Assembly: GCF_004010195.1 (NCBI RefSeq)
Contig: NC_057718.1
Coordinates: 53,689,615 to 53,753,614 of the forward strand
Length of the DNA stretch: 64,000 bases
Source of the DNA: Chiloscyllium plagiosum
Lineage: Eukaryota
Direction: 5' to 3'
In this document: one piece after another, positions 50,901 through 64,000 of the stretch
Position numbering within the stretch: position 1 is the first letter of the stretch
Layout: each line of letters begins with the position of its first letter
Made by a program: the position numbers and the translations under genes
Notes under the pieces: model-generated
Told to the model about the DNA's origin: nothing
Database searches by the model: none
The model's input: only the letters and a program-made list of their open reading frames with translations

Positions 50901-53695
50901 GTGTGGAGTGTGTTCCTGCAGCCAATGGTGACCCTGCATTTTTAATTCACATTTATGTTGATTTTGGTGTTGCATGTTTGCTTTTGATATAGTGGAAGGA
51001 CTGGGAGGACGAAACATAGAAAGCTAGCACACAGGTACAGCAGGTAATTAGGAAGGCGATGTAATTTGGTCCTCACTGTAAATACAAGAAAGATTAGATT
51101 ATTCAGATGGAATTCTCTTCAATAAACAGCCGTGGTGGAAGGCAACTATCATGCCTTCAGTATTCTGCATTTTCTCAATTTTCTGAATTCTCCCAGAGAG
51201 TTTTTCTTTATTATGTAGCTGCTAGGAATTCGAAGTTCTCCTCCAATTCACAACATGTAGACCTGCATAATCTCATTCCCAGTCATGCTTAAAAATATCA
51301 CTCCTTTACAAATACCATTTCCCCCTTCACAACTATGACCCCCCTTTTTCCTCAGCTTTCACCCAATCTCAAAGAGTAAGTTTCCACAAATTTCCTTCTT
51401 GTGATAGTGAAATCTTTTGTTGCTTCTTCATCCTCGCTTATCACTCTGCCTCATCGTTAATTTCTATTGACTGAACCAATGGACTGAACATTGTCCACCC
51501 ATTGAGAGACCAAACCAACTGCTCCATGTAAGAAGTGCCCGACTGTGCTACCCTACTGGATGAGCCACTATGAAGCCACAAGGCTAACTATGACCCACTC
51601 CACAAACTGAAAAGACACGGACCCCCAAATGACAACATGCCAACCAGTAGACTCAGCGTGGCCATTCCCCTGGACTGGGAAAGGAGGCCGCTCAGGGCTG
51701 ACTGTGCTGGGTCCCACTCACTAATGGGTACCTCCATAAACTTCAATGAGGACTTGTCATCTCAGACTTTAACTCATGTCTATTTGCTGCACATGCAATT
51801 TGCCACATAAGCTGCTGGCACACTGTACAAGTGTGTGATTGACACAACACATTAACTGGACAGGTTAGGCCTTTACTCATTGGGGTTCCCATGATGTGGA
51901 GGTGCTGGTGTTGGACTGGGTGGACAAAGTTAATTGGAAGTACAAGCTTTCAGAGCGCTGCTCCTTCATCAAGTAGCTAGTGGGGCAGGATCATAGGACA
52001 CAGAATTTTTAATAAAAAATCAAAGTGTCATACAACTGATGTGATGAATTGAACAAACCTAGATTGCTGTTAAGTCTTTAATCTCTTAGAATGTGGTTGC
52101 AGGTTTTTGATTCATTAATACGTAAAGCACAGAACTTCTTTCAAGTCACATTCCTGAAATACCTTACGGTGTTATAAAACAAAGTTGACATTTCAGCTCA
52201 GGCAATGCATTAAAGGTGTGGGGTAGAGTCCATCTGCATCTCAATCTAGAGTTAGAATGGTCCTATTTCCAAAGTAGGAATTTATACAATGTCACATGGA
52301 CTGACTGCCTACAGATTGTGTGCTTTTTGAACAAAATAGAATGTGTCTGCAAATACAAATCTACAAATGCAAATGCAGCCCCATAGGCTGATGTGTGTGT
52401 GTATTATCAAGGGCATAGAACATAGAACATAGAACACTGCAACGCAGTACAGGCCGTTTGGCCCTCGATGTTTCACCAACCTGTGAAACCAATCTGAAGC
52501 CTATCTAACCTACACTATTCCATTCTCGTCCATATGCCTATCTAATGACCATTTAAATGCCCTTAAATGGCGAGTCTACTACTGTTGCAGGCAGTGTGTT
52601 CCGCGTCCCTACTACTCTCTGAGTAAAGAAACTACCTCTGACATCTTTCCTATATCTATCATCCCTCAGTTTAAAGCTATGTCCTCTCGTTCTAGCCATC
52701 ACCATCTGAGGAAAAATGCTCTCAGTGTCCAACTTATCTAACCCTCTGATTATCTTATATGTCTCAATTAACTCACCTCTCCATCTTCTTCTCTCTGATG
52801 AAAACAGCCTCAAGTCCCTCTGCCTTTCCTCGTAAGACCTTCTCTCCATACCAGGAAACACCCTAGTAAATCTCCTCTGAACCCTTTCCAAAGCTTCCAC
52901 ATCCTTCCTATAAATGTAGTGACCAGAACTGTATGCAATACTCCAAGTGTGGCCGCACTAGAGTTTTGTACAGCTGCAGCATGATCTCATGATTCCAAAA
53001 CTCAATCCCTCTAATAAAAGCTAACACACTGTGTGCCTTCTTAACAACCTTATCAATCTGGGTTGAATCTTTCTACCTGGACACTGACATCTCTCTGCTC
53101 ATCTACACTTCCAAGAATCTTACCATTAGCCCAGCACTCTTTATTCATGTTACTCCTTCCAAAGTGAATCACCTCACACCTTTCCGCATTAAACTCGATT
53201 TGCCACCTCTCAGCCCAGCTCTGCAGCTTATCTATGTATCTCTGTAACTTACAACATCCTTTGTCACTATTCACAACTCATCTTAGTGTCATCTGAAAAT
53301 TTACTAACCCATCCTTCTATGCCCTCATCCAGATCATTTATGAAAATGACAAACAACAGTGGACCCGCAACAGATCCTTACAGTACCCCACTAGTAAATG
53401 AACTCCAGGATGAATATTTCCCATCAACCACCACCCTCTGTCTTCTTTCAGCTCGCCAATTTCTGATCCAAATTGCTAAATCACCCTCAATCCCATACCT
53501 CCATATTTTGTGTAATAGCCTACCATGGGGAACCTTATTAAATACCTTTACTGAAATCCATATATACCACATCAATCGCTTTACTCTCATCCACCTGTTT
53601 GGTCACCTTCTCAAAGAATTCACTGAGGTTTGTGAGGCATGGCCTACCCTTCACAAAACCGTGTTGACTATCCCTAATCAACTAATTCCTTTCTA

Positions 53696-55904
53696 AGGTA
53701 GGTGGTAGGTGTCGGGAATGTTGGATGACTAGAGAAATGGAGGGTTTGGTTAAGAAAAAGAAGGAAACATGTCAGGTATAGACAGGATGAATCGAGTGAA
53801 TTCTTAGAAGAATATAAAAACAGTAGGAGTTTACTTAAGATGGAAATCTGGAGGGCAAAAAGGGGACATGAGATAGCTTTGGAAAATAGGGTAAAGGAGA
53901 ATCCAAAGGGTTTTTATAAATACATTAAGGCCAAAAGGGTAACTGGGGAGCGAATAGGGCCTGAAAATGCATTGCTGGAAAAGCGCAGCAGGTAAGGCAG
54001 CATCCAAGGAGCAGGAAGAAGGGCTTATGCCCGAAATGTCGATTCTGCTGTTCCTTGGATGCTGCCTGACCTGCTGCGCTTTTCCAGCAACACATTTTCA
54101 GCTCTGATCTCCAGCATCTGCAGTCCTCACTTTTTCCAGCGAATAGGGCCTCTCAAAGATCAGCAAGGCAGCACTTGTATGGAGCCGCAGGAGATGAGGG
54201 AGATACTAAATGAGTATTTTGCATCAGTGTTTACTGTGGAAAAGGATATGGAAGATATAGAATGTTGGGAAACAGATGGTGACATCTTGGAAAATGTCCT
54301 GGAGGAAGTGCTGGATGTTTTGAAACACATAGAGGTGGATAAATCCCCAGGACCTGATCAGGTGTACCCTAGAACTCTGTGGGAAGCTGGGGAAGTGATT
54401 GCTGGGTCTCTTGCTGAGACATTTGTATCATCAATAGTCACAGGTGAGATGCCAGAAGACTGGAGGTTGGCTAATGAGGTGCCATTATTTAAGAAAGGTG
54501 GTAAGGACAAGCCAGGGAACTATAGACCAGTGACCCTGATGTCAGTGGTGGGCAAATTGTTGAAGGGAATCCTGAGGGACAGGATGTACATTTATTTGGA
54601 AAGGCAAGGACTGATTAGGGATAGTTAACATGGCTTTGTGTGTAGGAAATCATGTCTCACAAACTTGATTGAGTTTTTTGTGGAAGTAACAAAGAGGATT
54701 GATGTGCTCAGAGTGGTAGATGTGATCTATGTGGAATTCAGTAAAGCGTTCGACAAGGTTCCCCATGGGAGACTGCTTCGCAAGTTTAGATCTCACGGAA
54801 TACAGGGAGAACTAGCCATTTGGATACAGAACTGACTCAAAGGTAGAAGACAGAGGGTGGTAGTGGAGGGTTATTTTTCAGACTGGAGGCCTGTGATCAG
54901 TGGAGTGCCACAAGGATTGGTGCTGGGTCCACTACTTTTCATCATTAATATAAATGATTTGGATATGAACATAGGAAGTATAGTTAGTAAGTTTGCAGAT
55001 GACTCCAAAATTGGAGGTGCAAAGAAGGTTACCTTGCATTACAACGGGATCTTGATTAGATGGGCCAATGGGCTGAGAAGTGACAGATGGAGTTTCATTT
55101 AGATAAATGCAAGATGCTGCACTTTGGGAAAGCAAATCTTAGCAGGACTTATACACTTAATGGTAAGGTCTTTGGGAGTGTTGCTGAACAAAGAAACCTT
55201 GGAATGCAGGTTCATATCTCCTTGAAAGTAGAGTGGCAGGTAGATAGGATAGTGAAGAAGGCGTTTGGTATGCTTTCACTTATTGGTCAGAACATTGAGT
55301 ATAGGAGTTGGGAGGTCATGTTGTGGCTGTGCAGATCATTGGTTAGGCCACTTTTGGAATATTGCGTGCAATTCTGATCTCCTTCCTATTGGAAAGATGT
55401 TGTGTAACTTGAAAGGATTCAACAAAGATTTACAAGGATGTTGCCAGGGTTGGAGGATTTGAGTGAGAGGGAGAGGTTGAATAGGCTGGGGCTATTTTCC
55501 TTGGAGCGTTGAGGGCTCAGGCATAATCTTATACAGGTTTATAAAGTCATGAGGGGCATGGATATCATAAATAGACAAAATCTTTTCACTGGGGTGGGGG
55601 AATCCAGAACTAGAGGATATAGGTTTAGGGTGAGAGGAGAATGATATAAAAGGGATCTAAGGGGCAACTTGTTCACACAGAGAGTGGTACATGTATGGAA
55701 TGAGCTGCCAGAGGAAGTGGTGGAGGCTGGTACAATTACAACATTTAAAAGGCATCTGGATGGGTATATGAAGAGGAAGGGTTTGCAGGGATATGGGCCA
55801 GGTGCTGGCAAATGGGACAGGATTGGGTTAGGATAGCTGGTCGGCATGGACGAGTTGGACCAAAGGGTCTGGTTCCGTGCTGTATATCTCTATGACTCTA
55901 TGAC
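53696..55904 (+). mobile_element. 5'-truncated CR1 LINE inserted antisense in the previous CR1
   Basis: DKSPGPD, PGNYRPV, KAFDKVPH, SGVPQG, SKFADD, LVRPLLEYCVQF; (CTCTATGA)n tail. Confidence 0.93.
53963..54137. mobile_element. Fold-back PLE pLTR insertion (family 1) with 14-bp TSD
   Basis: AGCGAATAGGGCCT at 53949-53962 and 54138-54151; inverted arms. Confidence 0.9.
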
Positions 55905-56827
55905 TTCTCATGTCCCCTCCTGGCTCTCCTTAGCGCTCTCTTTGGGTCTTTCCTGGCTAACCTGTAACTCTCAAGCACCCTAACTGAGCCATCATATCTC
56001 ATCCTAACCTAAGCCTTCTTCTTCCTCTTGACAAGAGATTCAACTTCCTTAGTAAACCACAACTCCCGCGCTGTTCAATGCCTGATCGGTACGTACTTAT
56101 CAACGACCCGCAATAGTTGCTCCTTGAATAAGCTCCACATTTCAACTCTGCCCATCCCCTGTAGTTTCCTTCCCCATCCTATGCATCCGAAATCTTGCCT
56201 AATCGCATCGGAAATACCTTCCCCTAGCTACAACTTTTGGCCTGCAGTATATATTTATCCCTTTCCATCACTACAGTAAATATAACCGAATTGTGGTCAC
56301 TATCACCAAAGTCCTCACCTACTTCCAAATCTAACACCTGGCCGGGTTCAATACCCAGTACCAAATCTAATGTGGCCTCACCTTCTTTGTTGGCTGGTCT
56401 AAATACTATGTTAGGAAACCCTCCTGCACACATTGAACAAAAACTGACCCATCCAAAGTACTTGAACTATAGTATTCCCTGTCATTATCTGGAAAGTTAA
56501 AGTCTCTCATAACAATTACCCTGACACTCTCGCTCCTCAGTAGCCGAGTCCTCAAAGGTCCTCTTTGCAACTGTAATACTGTCCTTGATTAACAGTGCCT
56601 CACCACACCGTCTGTTATCATTTTCTTTGTTCTTACTGAAACATCAAAATCCCGGAACCTGCAATAACCATTCCTGTCTCTGCTCTACCCATGTCTCTGC
56701 AATGGGCACAATATCAAAATCCCAGGTTCCAACCCATGCTGCAAGTTCACCCACTTTATTCCAGATGTTCCTGGCATTGAAGTAGACACACTTCAAACCA
56801 ACTTCTTGCTTGCCAGTGCCTTCTTGG

Positions 56828-57068
56828 GATTAGATTTTTTTGTAGATTAGATTCCCTACAGTGTGGAAACAGGCCCTTTGGCCCAACAAGTCCACACCAA
56901 TCCTCCGAAGAGTAACCCACCCAGACCCATTTCGCTCTAACCAATGCACCTAACATGATGGGCAATTTAGCATGGACAATTCACCTGACCTGCACATCTT
57001 TGGACTGTGGGAGGAAACTGGAGCACCCAGAAGAAACCCATGCAGACACGGGAAGAATGTGCAAACTC
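56828..57068 (-). mobile_element. HE1-type SINE, 5'-truncated
   Basis: Minus strand GAGTTTGCACATTCTTCCCGTGTCTGCATGGGTTTC...GGGCCTGTTTCCACACTGTAGGGAATCTAATC. Confidence 0.85.
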
Positions 57069-59799
57069 TACTCTTGAAACCTTAGTTCTGACTTCACTAC
57101 TCTCAACCTCTTGTATACTTGAACTACAGATTTGGTTCCCATGCCCCTGAAGAGCATTAGCAAACACCTCTCCCCAGGATATTGGTACCCCTCTGGTTCA
57201 GGTGAAGACCATCCTGTTTGTAGAGGTCCCACCTACCCCAGAAAGAGCCACAATTATCCAGTAATCCAAAGCCATCCCTCCTGCACCATCCCTGTAGTCT
57301 CTCTCCCTATTCTTCACCTCGCTAGCACGTGGCACGGGCAACAAACCAGAAAAAACAGCTCTGTTTGTTCTACCTCTAAGCTTCCACTCTAGCTCCCTGA
57401 ATTTCTGCCTTAAATCCCCATCTCTCTTCCTACTTATGTCATTGGTGCCTATGTGGACCACGACTTGGGGCTGTTCCACCTCCCCCTCAAAATCCTGAAA
57501 ACACGATCAGAGACATCATGAACCCTGGCACCTGGGAGGCAACACAACAATGTGAGTCTCTCTCATCCCCACAGAACCTTCTATCTTCCCCCTAACTATA
57601 GAGACCCAGATGACTAATGTTCTGCTCCTCTTCCTCCTTCCGTTCTGAGCAACAGGGACAGACTCCGTGCCAGAGACCTCTGCCCCATTGCTTACCCTTG
57701 GTAAGTCGATCCCCCCCTCCCCCAACATATGGTATACTTGTTGAAGGGAATGGCCACAGGGACCCCTGCACTGCCTGCCGGTCCCCTTTCTTGTGGTAAC
57801 CCATCTCCCTACTTCTTTTACCTGAGGTGTGACTTCCTCCCTGTAACTCCTCTCAATAACCCCCTCTATCTCCAGAAAGACCCGAAGTTCATCCAGCTCC
57901 AGCTCCAGTTCCATAACGTGATTTTCAAAGAGCTGGAGTTGGGTGCACCTCCCACAGATGCAGTCAGCAGGAACACGAGTGGTGACCCTTATCTCCCACA
58001 TCCTGCAGGAGGAACATTCAACTGCCCTAACCTCCATTCCCACTATTCTAAATTCCCAATGAGACTACTAAAAACTTTAAAAAAAAGAAACTCGTCACCT
58101 TACCAATCCAGCGAACAGAACTTTTTTTTTGGTTAGAGGAGGAGAATGTTGGGAGATACTACCTGAGTAGTGTTTTGGGTAAAACAACCACCCAAGTATA
58201 AAGCCTTATTTATCCAGCAGTCCCGAGTCCGCTCCTGCTCATTGTGGGCTCCGCCTATACACGAGGTAAACTTTTATATCTTTTAAATCTTTTAAAATTT
58301 TCATTCCCGTCGGGCGTCTGGTTCTCGCTGTCACTCCTCCCACTCCAACTGCCGCCAACAAAATGAAGAACGCTGAACGCTGGGCATTTTGAAACCACCA
58401 GCTTCTGACGTGACACAACAGATGTTTTACAGAAACTCAGCACCCATGGACCCAGTCAAACCAGGAACATTCCTCTTAACAACGGACGTTTCGGCACACT
58501 ACACCAGGACGACAGCATCACTGCAACAGCCTCAGCACTCAATACCAACAACTGTCAATCTCCAGGCACCATCCTACAACTCATCCACTGCATTCTTGAC
58601 CACAACGTCTTCACCTTTGACAACCAGCTCTTCAGCCAGACACGCGGAGCAGTCATGGGGACCAAAGTTACACCCCAATATTGCCAACATTTTCATGCAC
58701 AAGTTTGAACAAGACTTCTTTGCTGCACAGAATGTCCAACCAACACTATACACCAGGTTTATTGACAACATTTTCTTCCTCTGTGACCCATGGTGAGGAG
58801 TCACTGAAACAACTTCACAGTGATATCAACAAGTTTCATGCCACCATCAGAATTACCATGGCCTACCCTTTGGAATCAATCTCATTCTTGGACACACACA
58901 TCTCCTTCAGGACAGGCACCTCAGTACCTCACTCTACCACAAACTCGTGGACAACCTTACGATGCTGCACTTCTCTAGCTTCCACCCTAAACATATTAAA
59001 ACATGTTTAGGGTGGAAGCCATCCCCTACGGACAAGCCCTATACATACACAGATTGTTCAGATGAAGAGGAACACGGCACACACCTGAAGATGCTGAGAG
59101 ATGCCCTCATAAGGACAAGATAAGATGCTTAACTCATCAATTCGCCCATTCCAATGTGCCAAAGCGAGAAACTATAATGACCTCCTCAGGCAACAGACAC
59201 GGGATACCCTTCATCATCCAGTATTTCCTGGGAATGGAGAAACTACACCATTTTCTTCGCAGCCTGCAACACATTATTGATGAGAATGAGCACCTCACCA
59301 AGACCTTCCCTACGCCTCCAGTTCTCACTTTTAACAACTGTCAAACCTTAAACTGACCAGCAAACTACCCAGCCTTCAGGACAACATTGACCACCGCACC
59401 TCACAACATTGTCATGGCAACCACTGCAAGACGTCTCAAAGTACTGACACGAGCACCACCATTACAGTTGGGGACACCACCCACCACGTGCAAGGTGCTC
59501 ATGTGAATCAGCCAAAGTTGTCTATCTCATAGCTGCAGGCAAGGATCCCCGAACCCAAGCAGGCGCTACAACGGATGAATGGACACTGTGCAACAATCGC
59601 CAGACAGGAATGTTTCCTCCTGGGGGATCACTTCAGTGGTCAGGGACATTTGGCCTCAGATTTTTGGGTGACTGACCTCCAAGACGCACTTCGGGATATG
59701 CAACAACGCCGAGTGACCGAGCAGAGGCTGTTAGCCACGTTCGGTACCCATGCGGATGGCCTCAAACAGGAGCTCACTACAGGTGACCCCACTACACTA

Positions 59800-59982
59800 T
59801 ACACTTTCACACACACACTCACAGCCACACTCACACTCATGTGCACACCCTCTCACAGGCATATACTCCGTCACACTTGCGCATACACTGTATCAAGCAC
59901 ACATACATCCTCACTCACACACACACACTCACTCTCTCCCTCTCTCTCTCACATACACACACACGCACGCACGCGCACACTC
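59800..59982. repeat. Imperfect (CA)n/(CT)n microsatellite internal to PLE family 2
   Basis: Same tract at 3275-3720 (reverse) and 4490-4640. Confidence 0.85.
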
Positions 59983-61394
59983 ATATCAGCCTATGGGGCG
60001 AATTTGCATTTGCAGATTTGTATTTGCAGACACATTCTATTTTATTTGGAATGCACACAATTTATAGGCAGTCAGTCCATGTGACATTTTATAAATTCCT
60101 ACTTTGGAAATAGAATCAGTCTGACTCAAGACTGGGATGCAAACTCCACACCTTTAATGCATTGTTACCTTGAGAATGTGACTTGAAAGAAGTTCTGGGA
60201 TTTACATATTAATGAATCAAAATCTGCAAATCCATTCTAAATAATTAAGGGACTTAACAGCAATCTAGGTTTGTTCAACACATCACATCAGTTGTATGAC
60301 AGTTTGATCTTTTGCTATAAAATTCTGTGTCCTATGACCCTTTAGCTACCCGATAAAGGAGCAGTGCTCCAAAAGCTTGTATTTCCAAATTAGCCTATTG
60401 GACAATAACCTGGTGTTGTGTGATATTTACCTTTGTTAGGGTTCAGAAGATTGAGGGGTGATTTTATTGGAACATATGTGGTCAGGGGAACGGTGGCATA
60501 GGTGATCTGAAGGTGTGTCCACTGGTGAGGGAATCTCAAACTCAGGGACAAAATTACTGAATAAAGGGAAACACATTGAAAATTTGAGATGTTTAGGAAT
60601 TACTTTTCCCCAAGGGTAGTGAATCTCTGTGCCTGGAATTCTCTGCTCCAGAGAGTTGTAGAGGCTAGGTCACTGATAATATTTAAAGAGAAGCTGGATC
60701 AATTTTTGATATTTTGGTGAAACTAAAGACATGAAAACGTAGCTGAGTCCTGGGGGTATAGTATTATTGAATGGCGGGGCAGCCTTGTTGGGCAGTATGG
60801 AATGCACCTGTTCCTATTTCCTGCTATCAGGAGCAGGAAGTGGTCGCAGTCAGGTGTTGAGTTTGGAAAATGCTGGTAGTACTTGAGCTAAATTGGAATG
60901 TATTTATTGGATTTCGGCCTGTTAGGTCGAGTCACCGGGATAAATATCTCTTGGAATGTATGACATCCTTTATAAACAGCAGCAAGTGAGAAAGAGAAAC
61001 AGAGGCTTTACTTTCCAGAAGCTATTACTCTATTCGTAATGCTAGACCAGTTAATGAAAAGTCAGCTATCTCCTCTTTCCAACGAAAGTTATTTAGTGTT
61101 TCAATATCAGAGGATATTTTGAACTTTGCAGCTAGAAGTGCAGTGGGCAGTGACACAACAAAGGAAAATATCATTCACTATTTAATTCCCACCAAGAAAC
61201 CATTGAAAATGGTGAAATGGTGAAAAATCCCAACATTTCAGTTTTGAATCTTTGAATAGATCAGTATGTTGCATTCAGGGCTAACTAGACAACATCAGCT
61301 GAGGCTTCAGATTTTTGTTTAAGTTATTTTCCCAAGCTGATTGCCTTCTTTCTAATCAGAGACAAGTGCAGTCTCATCTTGACTTTTACTCACC

Positions 61395-61830
61395 TTGGAG
61401 TAAAATGAGTTTTTAGTTGTCGTGGAATGATCCAGTGTTCAGTAGTCAGCATGGAACCTTTGATGTTAACCACTGGTTTTCAGGTTTGTTGGTGCGGATG
61501 ATTTATCTTATTTCTTTCAGCAAACAAATTCCATGTTCTCTATTTTTGTTCTTGAATGGTTTAGCTCTGAGTCAATGGTCTGCATATGATGTTAATTTTC
61601 CTTTCTGCCTCTTGATTTGTTTTGCAAGCGGCTGTGTGATCAGTTGGGTCAGTAGGTGTAGCAAGCTTGATTTCCTCTCTCAGAGTAGAGAGAAGCTCTC
61701 CTGCGTTGTGATGAGATGTTGTTGAGCAATTTCACAACATGTGGTTTTTGTATTTACTCAGACGCTATCCAGTTTTGGATGAGTGACTTCCTTATACCAT
61801 TCATTTCTTTACATACAATTTGGACAGTCT
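61395..61830 (-). mobile_element. Decayed Ty3/Gypsy integrase C-terminal relic
   Basis: KEMNGIR, SYADH*LRAKP, VVNIKGSMLT..THF motifs in the expected order. Confidence 0.45.
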
Positions 61831-62204
61831 CTCAGTGTAGACAAACTAACTTCATTAGACCAACAACAGTATCATTGATAGACACATCTCACTTACTGAT
61901 GACAGTAATGGGACCAGGGCATCAGGTTTGTTTCCATTAGCGGTGGAGGAAGAGCAAGGATGATGTACAAAGCTCTATTTACAAGGCAGAAATTTACTTT
62001 TTGAGACTAAGTGTGGAGATGGGGCTTTAAGTGCGAGAGACATGTGCATTTTCTCGCAGGTTTGCATTCTTCTGAGCTCACTACAAGTTTTATGTGGGCA
62101 CAAAGTTCTTGCCACTACCGGGATCTTCTCGATGCCAATTTCTGGGTGCCATGTTGAAATCGGACTCAAACAGCAACTTCATCCCCCCTCCGGATATGTT
62201 GGTG

Positions 62205-62400
62205 ACATGCCAGAAAACAACTCCATTCTTCCATGACATCTCCCTAAAGGTGCTCCGGTTGCATATGGCCAAGAAAAAGGAATGTGCTGTTTGTCAGGAT
62301 TGAGAGGCCATCTTGAGTCACCACAACAGCCTAAACTGAGGAAAGTCAGAAGACAGTACTGCAAGGGGATGAGTGAGCTGCTGAGCACTGCCCCAATAAG
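62205..62400 (+). mobile_element. Decayed Harbinger Myb/SANT-like ORF
   Basis: TPFFHDISLKVL..KKKE..RPS..QYCKGMSELL. Confidence 0.5.
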
Positions 62401-63624
62401 TGATATTTTCTATTCAGTGTAAGCTTGCTACTACACAGGGTTGTCATATGCAAGATTGAGTGCAAAGCATTGCCATCAGATGCTATATGTGTAATCACTG
62501 TCTGCCACTTCACTGTGCCAACCAAGCTGTACTGCTTGCACCACAGTGCAACTGCCTCTCACACATCTGCCAAGGTTCATAGTTAATAGAGCTCTAACTC
62601 TAACCACCTCAAACACCATCAGCTCATTGACATTTCATCCCAACTAGAAGTATCTACACAGCAAATCGATTCTCACCACGGGCTACAATGGGGCAAGGAT
62701 GCAGCCACAAATCATGGCTTCAGAAGGTACACTTCACAAGGATATTCCGTGTACATATCAGGGAAAAGTAATCTTGTTCTGCATCAACTTAAGGTCCTTG
62801 ACCACAATGAATAGACTTCATTCAGAGCCCATTGGCTCATAACTTCTCCCAAAACAGTGCTCCTTATAATCACTGTCACAACTGTGTTGCAAGGCAAATG
62901 CTGATGACCTAGTCCCATTATTCCAATAGTCTACATCATTATTATGAATGTAAAGTGCCGATTAAATTGTCAAAATAATTTTTTGTACTAACAGGACTGA
63001 GTTGATGGAGCTGTACAGACAAGGAGATAATATCATATCAGCCACACACAGACTGGAGAGGAGGTAAAGGAAGCTGCCCAACCTCTGTCTAATGTTGTGG
63101 TACTGGCATATGAGATCATGGCTGCCTGCTTGGATCAGGTGGTAGTCACTGTGAAGGGCCACATCCTGCAGAATGTGCAGGATTTGCTAGATACATGAAA
63201 GGATTTCATTCCATTGCACAAGCCATGGATGCATTCATTCACTGATGAAGCAAGAGGGACCCAAAGGACCCTTAATCTTCCTCCAAGTGCTGTATTCCCT
63301 CAAACAGTGAAGGAGATGCCAGTATGTGATAACAAGAAGGAGGAATGATAGACAAGCACCCAGGAACTGTCATCTCATGGCATTCCAGATCTACTCCATC
63401 ACATCACCTCTCCTATCCCAGGAGCACCTCCACCATGTCCAGCTGAGGTGGTTGCATCTCTATAAGAGATGTCAACAGGCCAGAGTCTTCAAAACTGACA
63501 CCCAAGAGGAAATTCCTGCCGAAATTATCTGAGACATGATAGCAAAGCAGTCATAGGCTTCCTCAAGCTATCCACTGCTAGAGCTGTTGGGGACCTGGGG
63601 AGTATGGGATGCTGTGAGGGACCC

Positions 63625-63860
63625 TGGTCCAGTCCAGATAGAGTGTGCTGAATCATCCTGGCGTGCTGTACACTGCACAATTGGAGCAAACATGTAGGCA
63701 ATGTACTGGATTGTGAGAAACTGGTGGAATGGGAACAGTCTTCTGAGGAGAAGGTGGACATTGAGGAGGAAAGGCTGTAATGGCACGAAACTGGAACAGC
63801 ACAAACCTGCAGCGATAGGAAAATACAGATCTGACCAGATTTTAGGTGCATGGGAATTAA
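63625..63860 (+). mobile_element. Harbinger (HARBI1-like) DDE transposase C-terminal relic
   Basis: SPDRVC*IILACCTLHNW followed by acidic EQSSEEKVDIEEE. Confidence 0.7.
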
Positions 63861-64000
63861 TCTTCTATTCAGAACGTACAGCATACTATGCAATATTCCT
63901 GTGACCATTTTAAATCTGTTGAGACATTTGACTTTTCAGGTTGAATCTGTCATGTTTTTTAGATAACTGTGAGTGATGTTGAGTTTGTGACTGTACCATC

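Larger units (their letters stand above)
52417..58381 (-). mobile_element. Full-extent CR1 LINE (5' UTR, ORF1, ORF2, tail) with internal deletions
   Basis: ORF1 CSSCRMWE..CGRCTQLQL and VVVHIGTNDI; endonuclease SDHN; RT; (TTCTATG)n tail; GGGCAT duplicated at 52411-52416 and 58382-58387. Confidence 0.93.
51889..60435 (+). mobile_element. Penelope-like element (family 2): inverted arm 51889-about 52402, RT/GIY-YIG/pLTR 58388-60435
   Basis: PGTFLLTTDVSAHYT, NIANIFMHKFEQ, YTRFIDNIF, MNGHCATI; TSD TTGGGGTTC (51880-51888) / TTAGGGTTC (60436-60444). Confidence 0.9.
51858..60825 (+). mobile_element. CR1 3' fragment, outermost host of the nest (pieces 51858-51888 and 60436-60825)
   Basis: DRLGLYSLGF | RRLRGDFIGTY rejoins across the insertion. 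Confidence 0.75.

Noticed and set aside
61392..61725. Minus-strand donor CAAG|GTGAGT and a plus-strand 102-aa ORF
   Set aside because: Minus frames contain stops; better explained as a Gypsy integrase relic

Overview
Eukaryotic, repeat-dominated DNA with no intact protein-coding gene that I can support. The repeat inventory points by inference to a cartilaginous fish (shark): CR1 LINEs with a zinc-finger/SGNH-esterase ORF1, HE1-type SINEs, Rex1/Babar, Penelope-like elements (PLEs), and Harbinger and Gypsy relics. Two nested retroelement piles (about 12.7-21.1 kb and 51.9-60.8 kb) can be unpacked layer by layer from target-site duplications (TSDs). The most notable system is a dense set of PLE insertions from at least three pLTR families. 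Many are fold-back (inverted-repeat) structures with 9-15 bp TSDs and a fixed 34-36 nt tail on one arm only, and they carry a minimal hammerhead-ribozyme motif (CTGANGA-stem-GAAA-palindrome). Several are reduced to ORF-less palindromes of about 90-230 bp whose inversion centre sits at the ribozyme. Smaller oddities are an 88-bp duplication around a SINE, a 51-bp locally templated insertion, a snap-back hairpin and a 164-codon open frame ending in a splice donor. Family names come from recognised motifs, not database searches, and boundaries of old elements are approximate.
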